Source of the DNA: Myxococcota bacterium
GTDB taxonomy: Bacteria; Myxococcota_A; UBA796; GCA-2862545
Direction: 5' to 3'
Assembly: GCA_039208735.1 (NCBI GenBank)
Contig: JBCCQY010000044.1
Coordinates: 1-63,356 of the forward strand
Length of the DNA stretch: 63,356 bases
Below, in pieces: positions 1 through 10,000 of the stretch (positions are counted from its first letter, which is position 1; every line of letters begins with the position of its first letter). The position numbers and the translations under genes were made by a program. A model generated the notes under the pieces. The model saw only the letters and a list, made by a program, of their open reading frames with translations, was not told where the DNA came from and searched no databases.

Positions 1-14
1 CGCGAGGCTCTGGC

Positions 15-21
15 AAAAAAG
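15..21 (+). promoter_or_regulatory. -1 programmed ribosomal frameshift heptamer A_AAA_AAG joining OrfA to OrfB
   Basis: GCA AAA AAG TGA in the OrfA frame; OrfB is in the -1 frame; canonical IS3 signal. Confidence 0.85.
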
Positions 22-878
22 TGAAGAGCCCGGCCCACTACCGCTTGCTGGTGACCCACGTGCAGGACCGGTTCGGCCTGTCGCAGCGGAGAGCCTGTCG
101 AGCCCTTGGCGTCGGGCGCTCGACGATCCGGTACGTGCCGACCCAGGCCGACCGCGATCGCGAGCTGGTGAAGGAGTTGTGCCGGTTGTCGGAGGCTCAC
201 CCCCGTTGGGGGTACCGAAAGATCGGCGCGCTGCTGCGGCGAGAGGGTTGGGAGGTGAATCTCAAGCGGGTTCATCGGCTCTGGCGTCTGCATGGACTGC
301 AAGTGCCGCGGAGAGCCCGTCGGGTTCGGAAGGTTGGTCCTCGCAAGCCTGTGACGCGGGCGGAGTACCGCAACCACGTGTGGAGCGTGGACTTCGTTTT
401 CGACCAGACGATGGACGGTCGCACCCTGAAGTGTCTCACCGTGGTGGACGAGTTCACCCGCGAGGGACTGCTCATCGGGGTGGACCGACGACTGGGGGCG
501 CGTGCGGTCCGAGACGCACTCCAGCAGCTGTTCGCGCGACATGGTCCCCCGAAGTTCGTCCGGTCCGACAACGGAGGTGAATTCCTCGCGGACGTCGTGG
601 CCGAAGCCCTGGCGGAGGTCGGCGCCGACGGGCTGTTCATCGAGCCAGGAAGTCCCTGGCAGAACGGCACGAACGAGCGCTTCAACGGGATCTACCGCGA
701 GGAGTTGCTGGACCGAGAGATGTTCGGCAGCCTCAAGGAAGCCCAATTCTTGAGCCAGGAATGGCTGGTGAAGTACAACATGGTCCGCCCACACGGATCC
801 CTCAACATGCTCACCCCGATGGAGTTCATCGAACGCCTGCAATCCATAGACTCCCCCAAACCCTCACCCAGGGCGTGA
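21..878 (+). CDS. IS3-family transposase OrfB (HTH + rve/DDE integrase)
   Basis: SQRRACRALG..RST.RY, WGYRKI, WSVDF, VVDEFTRE, RSDNG, PGSPWQNGTNERFN. Confidence 0.95.
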   Translation: MKSPAHYRLLVTHVQDRFGLSQRRACRALGVGRSTIRYVPTQADRDRELVKELCRLSEAHPRWGYRKIGALLRREGWEVNLKRVHRLWRLHGLQVPRRARRVRKVGPRKPVTRAEYRNHVWSVDFVFDQTMDGRTLKCLTVVDEFTREGLLIGVDRRLGARAVRDALQQLFARHGPPKFVRSDNGGEFLADVVAEALAEVGADGLFIEPGSPWQNGTNERFNGIYREELLDREMFGSLKEAQFLSQEWLVKYNMVRPHGSLNMLTPMEFIERLQSIDSPKPSPRA

Positions 879-1112
879 CACTAACATTCGGGCCGGACCA
901 GAAGTTTGGAGCTTGACAGCCTCGCTCAAGTACGCATTGGCTCGTTGTCTTCATCCGGCGCCTGCTTGAACAGAAACCATCTGACGAGCCAGGTTTCGCG
1001 GAGTCTGGAGGACATGAAAGACAGTTGCAGCAACTGCTGGTTCACCTTGCAAGTGCAAGGCAGGCAACACGCAACCAAGTAGTTCAATGAACCAGATCGA
1101 TGAAACATTGGC

Positions 1113-2570
1113 TCAAAACTGAAAGTAGACGAATGGCGTGTCGTTGAAGTTGCCGAACACAAGAATCGCAACAATCAAGGCGTAGTCCCGCGCCCACCGG
1201 ACCGGCGTCGACCAGCGATCGATCCACACCCGCAAGCGTTCATCGCGAATCGCGTACTCCACGAGTTCAACCAACGGCCCCAGCAGTAGGCAGTACGCAA
1301 ACAATAAGCCATCGAGATGCCACCGACGCAGCAGGCTCAACAACGGGTCGAGATGCCCAAATGCATCCCAGGCGGTGGTCAGCTGGGTGAGCACGATCGT
1401 CACGTCGCCTAGGCTGGCGGCCCGAAAGAACACCAACGTGACGAGCCAGATGCCGTAGGTCCAGGACCACTCCACAAACGCGCGCAGAACCGGTCGAGTG
1501 GACAGCCCAAGGGTCTCGCACACCGAGAGCCAGAAGGGACGTCCCCAGCGCTCCGAAACGAGTAAGACCGCATGCAGGCAGCCCCAGAGCACGAGGTTCC
1601 ATCGCGCGCCGTGCCACACCCCGCTCAGCACCATGACGATGAGCACGTTGCCCGCGTAGCGCCAGGCGCCCACCCGACTGCCCCCAAGAGGGCGGTACAC
1701 GTAGTCGCGAAACCAGGTGGTCATCGAGATGTGCCAGCGGCTCCAGAGCACCCCGATCGACCGCGCAAGGTAGGGTTGGTCGAAGTTCTTCATGAGGTCG
1801 ACGCCGAGCATGCGCGCAACGCCAATGGCGATGTCGGAGTAGCCCGAAAAGTCGCAGTAGATCTGGGTGCTGAAGAACACGATGGCCACGACGTGGGCAA
1901 ACCCACCAAAGCTGCCGGGATCGGCGTAGACGAGATCCACGACTTCGGCGAGCCGGTCGGCCACCACGACCTTCTTGAACAGTCCCCAGGCCGCGAGCCG
2001 AAGGCCGCTGTGAATACGCATCCAGTCAAAGGGACGAGGCCGCTCGAGCTGCGGGAGCAACCGGCTCGCCCGTTCGATGGGCCCGGCCACCAGCTGGGGA
2101 AAATAGGCCACATACAGCGCAAACCGACCGAAATGGGCCTCGCGCTTTTGCTCCCCTCGAAACACGTCCACGGTGTAGGACAAGGTTTGGAACGTGTAGA
2201 AGCTGATGCCGACGGGCAACACCAGGTCCAACTCGGGCAACGGCCAATCCGCTCCCAACCACGCCGCAAACGTTCCGTTGATCCAATTGTAGTACTTGAA
2301 CGCGAACAACATGCCGAGGTTCGCGGTGAGGCTCACGGCCAGCCAGGCCCGCCGCCAAAAACGCGAGCGGGTCTGCTCGATGCGTCCGGCGACGACATAG
2401 TCGACCACCGTCGAGACTACGATGAGTCCGCTGTAGAGGGGCTGCCAGGCCGCGTAGAAGACGTAGGACGCGGCCAGCAGAAACACCCATCGATGCCGCG
2501 GCGGTAGCGCGTAGTGCACCACCAACACGATGGGAAAGAAGATCAGGAACTCGAGGCTGTTGAACAGCAC
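1113..2570 (-). CDS. MBOAT family O-acyltransferase (AlgI/PatA/DltB-like)
   Basis: MLFNSLEFL, LPVGISFYTFQ, FPQLVAGPIER, YCDFSGYSDIA, WSRWHISM, SGVWHGA, C-terminal FVYFQF. Confidence 0.95.
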   Translation of the reverse strand: MLFNSLEFLIFFPIVLVVHYALPPRHRWVFLLAASYVFYAAWQPLYSGLIVVSTVVDYVVAGRIEQTRSRFWRRAWLAVSLTANLGMLFAFKYYNWINGTFAAWLGADWPLPELDLVLPVGISFYTFQTLSYTVDVFRGEQKREAHFGRFALYVAYFPQLVAGPIERASRLLPQLERPRPFDWMRIHSGLRLAAWGLFKKVVVADRLAEVVDLVYADPGSFGGFAHVVAIVFFSTQIYCDFSGYSDIAIGVARMLGVDLMKNFDQPYLARSIGVLWSRWHISMTTWFRDYVYRPLGGSRVGAWRYAGNVLIVMVLSGVWHGARWNLVLWGCLHAVLLVSERWGRPFWLSVCETLGLSTRPVLRAFVEWSWTYGIWLVTLVFFRAASLGDVTIVLTQLTTAWDAFGHLDPLLSLLRRWHLDGLLFAYCLLLGPLVELVEYAIRDERLRVWIDRWSTPVRWARDYALIVAILVFGNFNDTPFVYFQF

Positions 2571-2596
2571 GTCAGAGGCTTAGCCGACCTGGACCC

Positions 2597-2638
2597 AAAA
2601 AACAGGACGGGCGCCCTCTGAACATCAGAGGACGCCCG
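2597..2638 (-). terminator. Rho-independent terminator after the multiheme lipoprotein gene
   Basis: Minus strand CGGGCGTCCTCTGA-TGT-TCAGAGGGCGCCCG (14-bp stem with one G-U pair) followed by TCCTGTTTTTT; a second small hairpin GTAGCCT-ACG-AGGCTAC lies at 2640-2656. Confidence 0.8.
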
Positions 2639-2670
2639 CGTAGCCTACGAGGCTACCAAACGACTAGGAT

Positions 2671-5600
2671 CTACTCGATCACGTGGAAGTTGGCGTCGGC
2701 ATCGTAGTAGGTGTCGAGGTGAACACCGACGTTCGGGTCGGGGTTCGGGAAGCGCTCAATATCAGGCGTACCCATGCTACCAGCGAGGTTCGGCCAGCTC
2801 GCGCCGTTCCGCCACAGACCGTTGAAGTCAACGCCCTCACGCTGGAGGCGCGAGTACGAAGCATTCGAGCGGCCGTTCAGCTCGACCATGGAGTCGAGGT
2901 TGTAGACGGTAGCGTTCGCGTCGAAGTTGTCGGCAACGGTACCATCGTTCAGGTTGTCGCAGTAGAAGCGCTGATCGAAGTTCGCGTTGTCGAGCGGGTT
3001 GTTCGGGCAGCCGAACTCGTCGAACTGCATCAGGCCAGTGCCGAGGCCCCAAGCCATGTGCACGTACATCGGAGCGTTCAGCTGGTTGCCCGTGTTCTGA
3101 CCGATCGTTTCCTGCAACAGCGCGTAATCGAGATCCGCGAAGTTGTTGTTGTGGTAGTCGGCGTAGAACGCGTCGTAGTCCGCCTGGTAGTTGGCGTAGC
3201 CGTCGACGGTGATGTGGCACTTGACGCAGTACGCAACACCTTCGTTGTTGTTGTCGACCTTACCGCGGATGGAGTGCTGCATCATCTTGTTGTGCGACAG
3301 CGCGGGGAAGTCGTCGCGGCCGTCGATGCCGGGACGGTTACCGTTACCGTTGCGGTCCGTGAACGTGAAGACGTCCGACAGATCGCCGTTGAGGTCCTGG
3401 TACTTGTAGAACAACTTCATGCCGCCCTGCGAGCTACCCACCGTACCGTCGGTGAGAATCTGCAGGTTGAACCACACCGGTGTGAGGTAGGTGAAGTCCG
3501 CGGCGAACGTGAAGGCAACGCGCTCGCCGTCGACGTTGTTGAAGAAGTAGTTGTTCGGGTCGGCGTCGTAGATACCGGTAAGGTGGCAGCCAATACAGGT
3601 GTTCGTCCACGCGGAGTGGCAGCCTTCGCAGTTGACGTTGTCCAGGTGGCTGAAGCCGTCGCCGCCGAGCAGCGGGTTGATCTGAATCGGACCTTCGTTT
3701 TCGGCAGCGCCGATACGGCCCATCGCGTAGGCGGCGACGGGGCTGTAGAGGAGCTGGCCGTTGAGGGGGTTATCCCGCTGGTTCAGCTTGATGGTGTCGT
3801 AGGTCTGGGGCAGGAAGTGCACCAGGCCGTCAACACGGCTGCGGAGCCAGTAGTCGCCGTTCGCGTCGCGGGTGACGTGACGCAAGGGGTTGCCGAAGCG
3901 GTCGACGGCGCAATCGGCGGGCTGACCATCGTAGGTCGTGCAAGGCACGGTGGGGGCATACTGCTCGTCACCGTGGCAGCTGACGCAGGTGATACCAACG
4001 GCGGCGTCCTGCTGCGACACGAGCTTGCCGCTCGTGGCGTCGCCGGCCGTACCGTTGTGGACGTCGCGCGAGCCGTGGCAGTCGATGCAGCCCATGCCCA
4101 TTTCGTAGTGGATGTCTTCGGGGGTGTCGTCGCGGTTGTCGCCGTCGTAGTCCTCGAACACGAGGAGCTGGTCGGCGTTGCGACCGTTGAACGTGTTGTT
4201 GTTCACACCGGGGTCGAAGAAGCGGATGTCATTCGCCGCGTTGACGAAGTTCTGGGGATTCGCGGGGTACTGGATGTTGTTGGTGACATCCTGGTTCTGG
4301 TCGAGACGCACGCCCCAGTACTGGAGCACGGTGCGGTTCGAACCCTGGTGGCAGCCCACGCAGACCTGGTCAGAGGCGCCGCGGACGAAGCCACCGCCCG
4401 GCAGGAGGCGGGCGACGTTGCGAATCTGGTGATCCTGGATGTGCGGACGTTCCGGCGCGGCGATCGCGTCGGGGTCGGCCGGCTCGAGCTTCGGCACGTT
4501 CGGGTCGGCCGAACGGCTGCGGCCGTCCATGGAGTACTCCATGTGGCAGCTCGAGCAGCCCGAGGAACGGAAGTCAGCGTAGCGGTTGTTCGCGCCAGAG
4601 CTGTACGCGTGGCAGTCGGCGCAGTTACCGACGATGGCTTCGGTGATCACGTCCTGCAGCTCGGTGCCGGTACGGATCTGGTTGATGTAGGTGTCAGCAC
4701 CACCCTGGAGGTCCGCCGCCCAACGGTCGTCGGCGAGGTTCGCCGCGTTGTAGTCGGGGTTCTGGTAGATACCAGTGGGGTCGCCGTAGTTGGCGATGCC
4801 AGCTGGGATCTCGTAGAGCTGCGGCACGGAGGTGAAGGAATCTTCCGGACCGGCCCACTCCGTGTCAACCTGGGCGCGCCAGGCGTAGGCGGCGTCGGTG
4901 CGCTGGTAGTAGTCACCGTTGACCGAGGGGGTCGCGCCGATGGAGTACATCGACTTCGTGTAGAAGCGGTCCGACCCGAGGGGCGAACCGGGGACCCACT
5001 GGACGTGCTCGTCGTAGTGGCAGCCGTTGTTGCCGCAACCACGGCCATCCGTCACGACCCGGAAATCACCGGGGTTCATGAACTGGATGTAGTCAAGCGC
5101 GGAGTAGGTGACACCGTTGACGGTGTAGTCCGGGTACTTGTCCAGACCCGTACGGGTCAGGTAGTTGAAGTACGCTTCCTGAGAGTTGATCAGGTTCAGC
5201 TCGTCGCCGATCTGCGGCGGCGCCGGGACGTGGCTACCCTCGCGGCCTTGGCCTTCGGGGTTACCACCGTGGCAGCGCGAACACGTGATGAACGCGGCGG
5301 GACCAAAGGCATGCGGGTTCGTCATGCCGGGGCCAGCGTAGTCATTCGCATTCGAGCCGTTGTGACACTGCATGCAGCTTTCGGCCAGCCCGATGGGCGG
5401 TTCCGGAAGCGGATTTACAGGGTCAGGCGGGCAAGTGGGATCGGGCACACACAGCGTCGGGTCGCAATCGCAACAGGCCAACCGGTACTCGAAATTCTGC
5501 TCGTTGCAGCGATCGAGAATATCGCAGTTGTAAACGTTGCCATTGCGCTCGACGTTGTCGCACTCGGGGGGGGGAAGGTCTGGGTCCACGGGGGGCGGGC

Positions 5601-5676
5601 CGGGCTCCTGATCAAAGTCAGGAATGCCACATCCCCCGATCGCCAGCAGAATCCCACCAACGAGAATCGCTCGCAT
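2671..5676 (-). CDS. Large multiheme c-type cytochrome lipoprotein (~1001 aa; 10 CXXCH + 1 CX4CH)
   Basis: Start moved to ATG 5676 (AGGAG RBS; signal MRAILVGGILLAIGG-C). Motifs CMQCH, CSRCH, CGNNGCH, CADCH, CSSCH, CVGCH, CIDCH, CVSCH, CEGCH, CIGCH, CVKCH. Confidence 0.9.
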   Translation of the reverse strand: MRAILVGGILLAIGGCGIPDFDQEPGPPPVDPDLPPPECDNVERNGNVYNCDILDRCNEQNFEYRLACCDCDPTLCVPDPTCPPDPVNPLPEPPIGLAESCMQCHNGSNANDYAGPGMTNPHAFGPAAFITCSRCHGGNPEGQGREGSHVPAPPQIGDELNLINSQEAYFNYLTRTGLDKYPDYTVNGVTYSALDYIQFMNPGDFRVVTDGRGCGNNGCHYDEHVQWVPGSPLGSDRFYTKSMYSIGATPSVNGDYYQRTDAAYAWRAQVDTEWAGPEDSFTSVPQLYEIPAGIANYGDPTGIYQNPDYNAANLADDRWAADLQGGADTYINQIRTGTELQDVITEAIVGNCADCHAYSSGANNRYADFRSSGCSSCHMEYSMDGRSRSADPNVPKLEPADPDAIAAPERPHIQDHQIRNVARLLPGGGFVRGASDQVCVGCHQGSNRTVLQYWGVRLDQNQDVTNNIQYPANPQNFVNAANDIRFFDPGVNNNTFNGRNADQLLVFEDYDGDNRDDTPEDIHYEMGMGCIDCHGSRDVHNGTAGDATSGKLVSQQDAAVGITCVSCHGDEQYAPTVPCTTYDGQPADCAVDRFGNPLRHVTRDANGDYWLRSRVDGLVHFLPQTYDTIKLNQRDNPLNGQLLYSPVAAYAMGRIGAAENEGPIQINPLLGGDGFSHLDNVNCEGCHSAWTNTCIGCHLTGIYDADPNNYFFNNVDGERVAFTFAADFTYLTPVWFNLQILTDGTVGSSQGGMKLFYKYQDLNGDLSDVFTFTDRNGNGNRPGIDGRDDFPALSHNKMMQHSIRGKVDNNNEGVAYCVKCHITVDGYANYQADYDAFYADYHNNNFADLDYALLQETIGQNTGNQLNAPMYVHMAWGLGTGLMQFDEFGCPNNPLDNANFDQRFYCDNLNDGTVADNFDANATVYNLDSMVELNGRSNASYSRLQREGVDFNGLWRNGASWPNLAGSMGTPDIERFPNPDPNVGVHLDTYYDADANFHVIE

Positions 5677-5950
5677 GGATGCTCCTGGCCGGCCACCATG
5701 GCCGGTCGGTGTGGAATGTGAACGATCGGACGAGCCGATCGACACGAGGTCAGTGAAGGGTTTTGGCAACCAAGGAAGAAGGCTCACAACCGCTGTCTCC
5801 TCCGGAGCGCCCGCAGAATTCCCCACCCGATCCTTACGCATCGTTGGGTTGGCCTGGGGCCGATTTGGTAGCTGGGGACGTTCGGAGCCGGGTATCGGCA
5901 AGCTGTCCTCTCGAGATTACGCAGGGCGGAGTCCGCCCGACGCCCCACAG

Positions 5951-5966
5951 TGCAATCCGCGGACCA
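5951..5966 (-). promoter_or_regulatory. Putative sigma54 (-24/-12) promoter of the 11-heme lipoprotein gene
   Basis: Minus strand TGGTCCGCGGATTGCA; GG/GC spacing matches the consensus TGGCACG-N4-TTGCW. Confidence 0.55.
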
Positions 5967-6016
5967 ACATCCATCACGCCAGGCAACCGGACGTTTCCGA
6001 ATGTCACGCATCCAAT

Positions 6017-6033
6017 CGCGGATCAATTGTCGC
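6017..6033. promoter_or_regulatory. Putative activator-binding site CGCGG-N6-TGTCGC
   Basis: CGCGGATCAATTGTCGC; the same motif and spacing recur at 17577-17593 (minus). Confidence 0.4.
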
Positions 6034-6162
6034 ATGCGAAGTCCCACCCTCGTCCCTGGGTTCGGGAGATGCGAGCCGCAGCGGACTGCCGCACCACGCT
6101 GCGGGTCATCAGCCCTGCGATAAGCTCCCATCGGGACTGCCTTGCCCAAGGAGCGAGATTCC

Positions 6163-7086
6163 ATGGCTACCGCCACCGAGGAGCACGCAGCCGCCACCAC
6201 CTTCGACATTCGCCAGATCATGTCGATGCTCTTTGTTTGGGGCCCGGTGGTGGTGCTCATCATGGTTGCGCTCATCACATTGATCGTGGGGTTCCCCTTT
6301 TACGCGGCCCCGCTTGAAGATCGACCGGACCATGGACTACGCGCCTACTTCGACGGGGGAGGCATCGTAGGAGTACTCGTCGGTCTGGTGGGCACGGGCT
6401 TGATGCTTGGTTTGCTGCTCTACAGCCTTCGCAAGTGGTTTCCGTTCCTCAAGTTCATGGGCGACATGCAGTTTTGGATGACCGTCCATGTGATCGCGGG
6501 GCTCCTGGGGCCAGCCTTCATCGTGCTTCACGGTGGATTTACGTGGCCCCGAGGGTTCATCGGGATCGGCTTTTGGTGCATGGTGCTCGTCGCACTTTCC
6601 GGGTTCTTTGGCCGCTACCTGTTTGGCTACTTCCCGTCGGCGGCCCAAGGCCTGCGCGTGGATCTCCAGGCCGCGCAGAAAACGCTCACGGACCTTCGAG
6701 CCAAGCTCGTTGCGCAGACGCGCGACGTGGAAACCGATGCGGTGGGCAAAGCGGTCCGCCTCGTCAAGAACTTTGAGTTCGAACCTCGGTCGATCGGCGA
6801 ACTCGTGATTCTCGATGCCGAGGTCCGACGCCGCGCCGATCTGGTTCGAATCATGCTACATCGCGCCCGACTCCCCGATGAGGTTCGAGGGAACGCCGAG
6901 ACGGCGCTCACCGCGCAGCTCACTCTGCGACGGAACCTCGCGGGCTGGAACGTGGCGAGGCGCCTCTTGCGGTACTGGAACCTCTTTCATCAACCGCTCG
7001 CACTCGCGATGTACCTGATCTCGGCGGTGCACATCTTCAATGCCTTCGTGTTCGGCGGTGTCCTCGCCACGCTATTCGGGAGCTGA
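6163..7086 (+). CDS. Inner-membrane protein, ferric-reductase-like/di-heme cytochrome b type
   Basis: AAGGAG RBS; ~5 hydrophobic segments; His in membrane segments (WMTVHVIAG, IVLHGG, WNLFHQP, SAVHIF); SGFFGRYL motif. Confidence 0.7.
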   Translation: MATATEEHAAATTFDIRQIMSMLFVWGPVVVLIMVALITLIVGFPFYAAPLEDRPDHGLRAYFDGGGIVGVLVGLVGTGLMLGLLLYSLRKWFPFLKFMGDMQFWMTVHVIAGLLGPAFIVLHGGFTWPRGFIGIGFWCMVLVALSGFFGRYLFGYFPSAAQGLRVDLQAAQKTLTDLRAKLVAQTRDVETDAVGKAVRLVKNFEFEPRSIGELVILDAEVRRRADLVRIMLHRARLPDEVRGNAETALTAQLTLRRNLAGWNVARRLLRYWNLFHQPLALAMYLISAVHIFNAFVFGGVLATLFGS

Positions 7087-7089
7087 CGC

Positions 7090-10000
7090 GTGGACCTCAT
7101 CAACCTGCCCGGCCTGATTTGCGTCGGAACCATCATCGTGGTCTTCGTCATCCCTTCCTGGATCTGGATCGAGTACACCGAGCGCCAGAACATGCGGGAA
7201 CACGAGGCCGCCAAGGCCGCCGGACGCCACCAGCCGGTGACCATCCAGCCCTACGTCAACCTTGGCGTGTGCATGGGCTCCGGAGCCTGTGTCACGGCTT
7301 GCCCTGAACTGGTCCTCAAGGTGATCGACGGTCAAGCCATTGCCGTCAACATGGCGGCGTGCGTGGGGCACGGCGCGTGTGTGACCGCCTGTCCCGTCAG
7401 TGCTATCGAACTCGTGTTCGGGTCCGAACAACGCGGCATCGCCATTCCGCAGGTCAACAGCGAGTTCGAGACGAACGTACCGGGGCTCTATGTGGCGGGA
7501 GAGCTTGGGGGCATGGGACTCATCGCCAATGCGGCGGACCAGGGCGTTCGGGCCATGCAGTACGCTCACAAAGGGCTCAAGAAGCGTCAGGGAAGCTACG
7601 ACATCGCCATCATCGGCGCCGGTCCGGCGGGCATCGCCGCCGCCCTTTCGGCCAAGGAACGAGGGCTCAACTACGTCTTGCTCGAGCAGGGAGAGGTGGG
7701 AGGGGCCGTGCTCCACTTCCCCCGCAAGAAGCTTGTGTTCACGCGCCCCCTCGAGCTTCCGCTGTACGGCACCGTCGACATTCCTTCGATGGTCAAAGAA
7801 CAGCTTGTCGACTTGTTTCGCGACGTCGTCACGAAGACGGGCCTCGAGGTGGCGACCCAGGAGCGCGTCGACGCCGTCGACCAGCGACCCGATGGGGGAT
7901 TCTCCATCCAGACGAGCAAGCGCAAGGTCGACGCCCAGCGCGTGATCTTGGCCCTTGGCCGACGGGGGACCCCACGAACCCTCAGGGTTCCCGGTGAAGA
8001 GCGCGAGAAGGTGGCCTACTCCTTACTCGAGCCCGAGCATTACACCTTTGATCACCTGTTGGTGGTCGGTGGGGGCGACTCCGCGGTTGAAGCAGCCTGC
8101 ACCTTGGCCGAACAGGACGGCAATCAGGTTTCGCTGTCGTACCGCGGCAACAAGATCAACCGTCCAAAACCCAAGAACATTGAGCGACTGCGCGATGCGG
8201 TGGCCCAGGGTTCGGTGCAGCTCATCCTTGAATCGAACGTCAAGGAGATCGGCGAGGACCGCGTGGTGCTCGCCCAGCAGGGCGAGCAAATCGTGGTTCC
8301 CAACGACTACGTCTTCGTCTTTGCCGGAGGCATCTTGCCCACCGACTTCCTGACGAAGGCGGGGGTTCGCATCCGCAAGCACTTCGGCAAGCGCATCGAG
8401 GACGTCGAAGAGGAGCCGAGGGTCGACGCGGGCGCCGAGACCGATGTCGCAGCCCAGCCGGTGCTCCCCGACACGCCTCTGGCCCCTCCGGCAGGCGTTC
8501 GGGCCTCGCCAGGAGGCGAAGAGACCATCGCCCTGCCCCCCATTGCAGGCGCCGCGGGAGAGACCACCCGACGGCTCCCCCTCGACGTGCTGGAGGCGCT
8601 GCTCGGCGAGGAAGCCACCGATGACCCCGCCACCGTGCTGCTGCCCAACGGCGAAGACCTGGTCGCCACACCCCTGGCCGCGCCCCCCTCGCCCGCAAGG
8701 TCCGAACAGACCATTCGCTTGTCGGTGCCCGATGAACTGAAGGCCGATGAACTGCCGACCCGGATCTTGAAGGGCCAAGATGTCTCGGAACTCGTCGCCA
8801 AAGCCCTCGGCGAAGCCACACCCGGACCCGAGCAGACCCGCCCCATCGATCCGAGCCGCCTCGACCCTGCGTTGCGATCCGCCGATACCCCCGTCTCGAC
8901 CAAGCTCGGAACCAGCCGACCAGCTCCGGAGAGCGACCTTCCTCCCGGCGAACATACCCGGCGCATCCCCACGTTTCCTGGCGCAAACGAAAACACCGAC
9001 GGCAATACCCAGCCAGGTCGCGTGGCCGCACCGCCGAGCCCTCCGCCCCCGGCCCGCTCTTCGCCTCCGCGCGGGGGCATCGCCGAGATTGCGTTTGGCA
9101 AGCTCCCCGCCGGAGCCGTTCCCACAGAGCCGCTGACCTTCGAAGAACAGGTGATTCAGATCGAACGGACGTTGGGTCTAGCCGGGTTCGCGCAGGTGCT
9201 ATCGGAGGTCAAGGAACTCGAGGCGGTGACCGGCGAGATGCCGCCCGCACCACGACTCAACGCGCGCCACCGGTTGGCGTTGCTCGCAGGACAGGCCTAT
9301 TTCGGCCTTCACGAGTACCCACAGGCAGCCCAAGCCTTCGAACGCGCCGCAACCTACGCCGAACAACAGCACCGCGATGCTCCGCCCTCCCCGGCGCTGG
9401 GCTGGTTGGGACGGTCCCTGCTGGGAGCTCAAGACTACGACCGGGCCGAGGCGGTCCTCGATAGCGCGCTACCCGAAACACCGGATCGAATCGACGTGCT
9501 GTGTGCATTGCACGAGGTCGCCCTTCGTCGGGGCAATCGAGAACGGGCGGTCCAGCTCGGCCGAAAGGCGTTGTCGGAAGCCACCAAACGAGGCGACCGC
9601 GAGTCTGAAGCCACCGCCCGCCAAGCCATCGCCGAGGGATTGGTGGTGGAGGGCAACCTCAAGGGGGCGCTGGAGCAACTCGCCATGGCCGACGAGCGCA
9701 TTGTGACCATCGGTGCGCCAGCCCTTCGCGCGCGCATCTTGGCTCGCTCGGTCGAAATCGACCTGGCGATCGGACGCTTGGGCCAAGCGCTTTACCGCCT
9801 CGAAGTGCTGCTCGAAGTCGTCACCCAACACCCGTTGGTCACCCGACAACCACGCGCGGTGGTGTTGTTGGCCGAAACCATGCGCGCGGTGGGACTCACC
9901 GAAGACGCGGGGAGTGCCGCTCTGCAAGCCATCTCGCTTGCCAAGGCCGAAGGCCGCACGGCCGACCCCTTCCGGGTCCGGGCCGCAAGGGTGCTCTGTG

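Larger units (their letters stand above)
1..918 (+). mobile_element. IS3-family insertion sequence (IS407-group-like); left part lies outside the window
   Basis: End of OrfA (..REALAKK*, stop 22-24), A_AAA_AAG slippery site at 15-21, OrfB integrase, and an IS3-like right end CTAACATTCGGGCCGGACCAGAAGTTTGGAGCTTGACA ending in CA at 918. Confidence 0.88.

Noticed and set aside
926..1174. 82-aa minus-strand ORF after the MBOAT gene
   Set aside because: Overlaps the MBOAT end, atypical composition, no recognisable motif
2683..5721. 1012-aa plus-strand ORF
   Set aside because: Antisense shadow of the codon-biased cytochrome gene; Val/Arg-rich with no motifs
6011..6030. FNR/CRP box in the cytochrome divergent region
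   Set aside because: Only the ATCAA half-site is present; no TTGAT at the correct spacing
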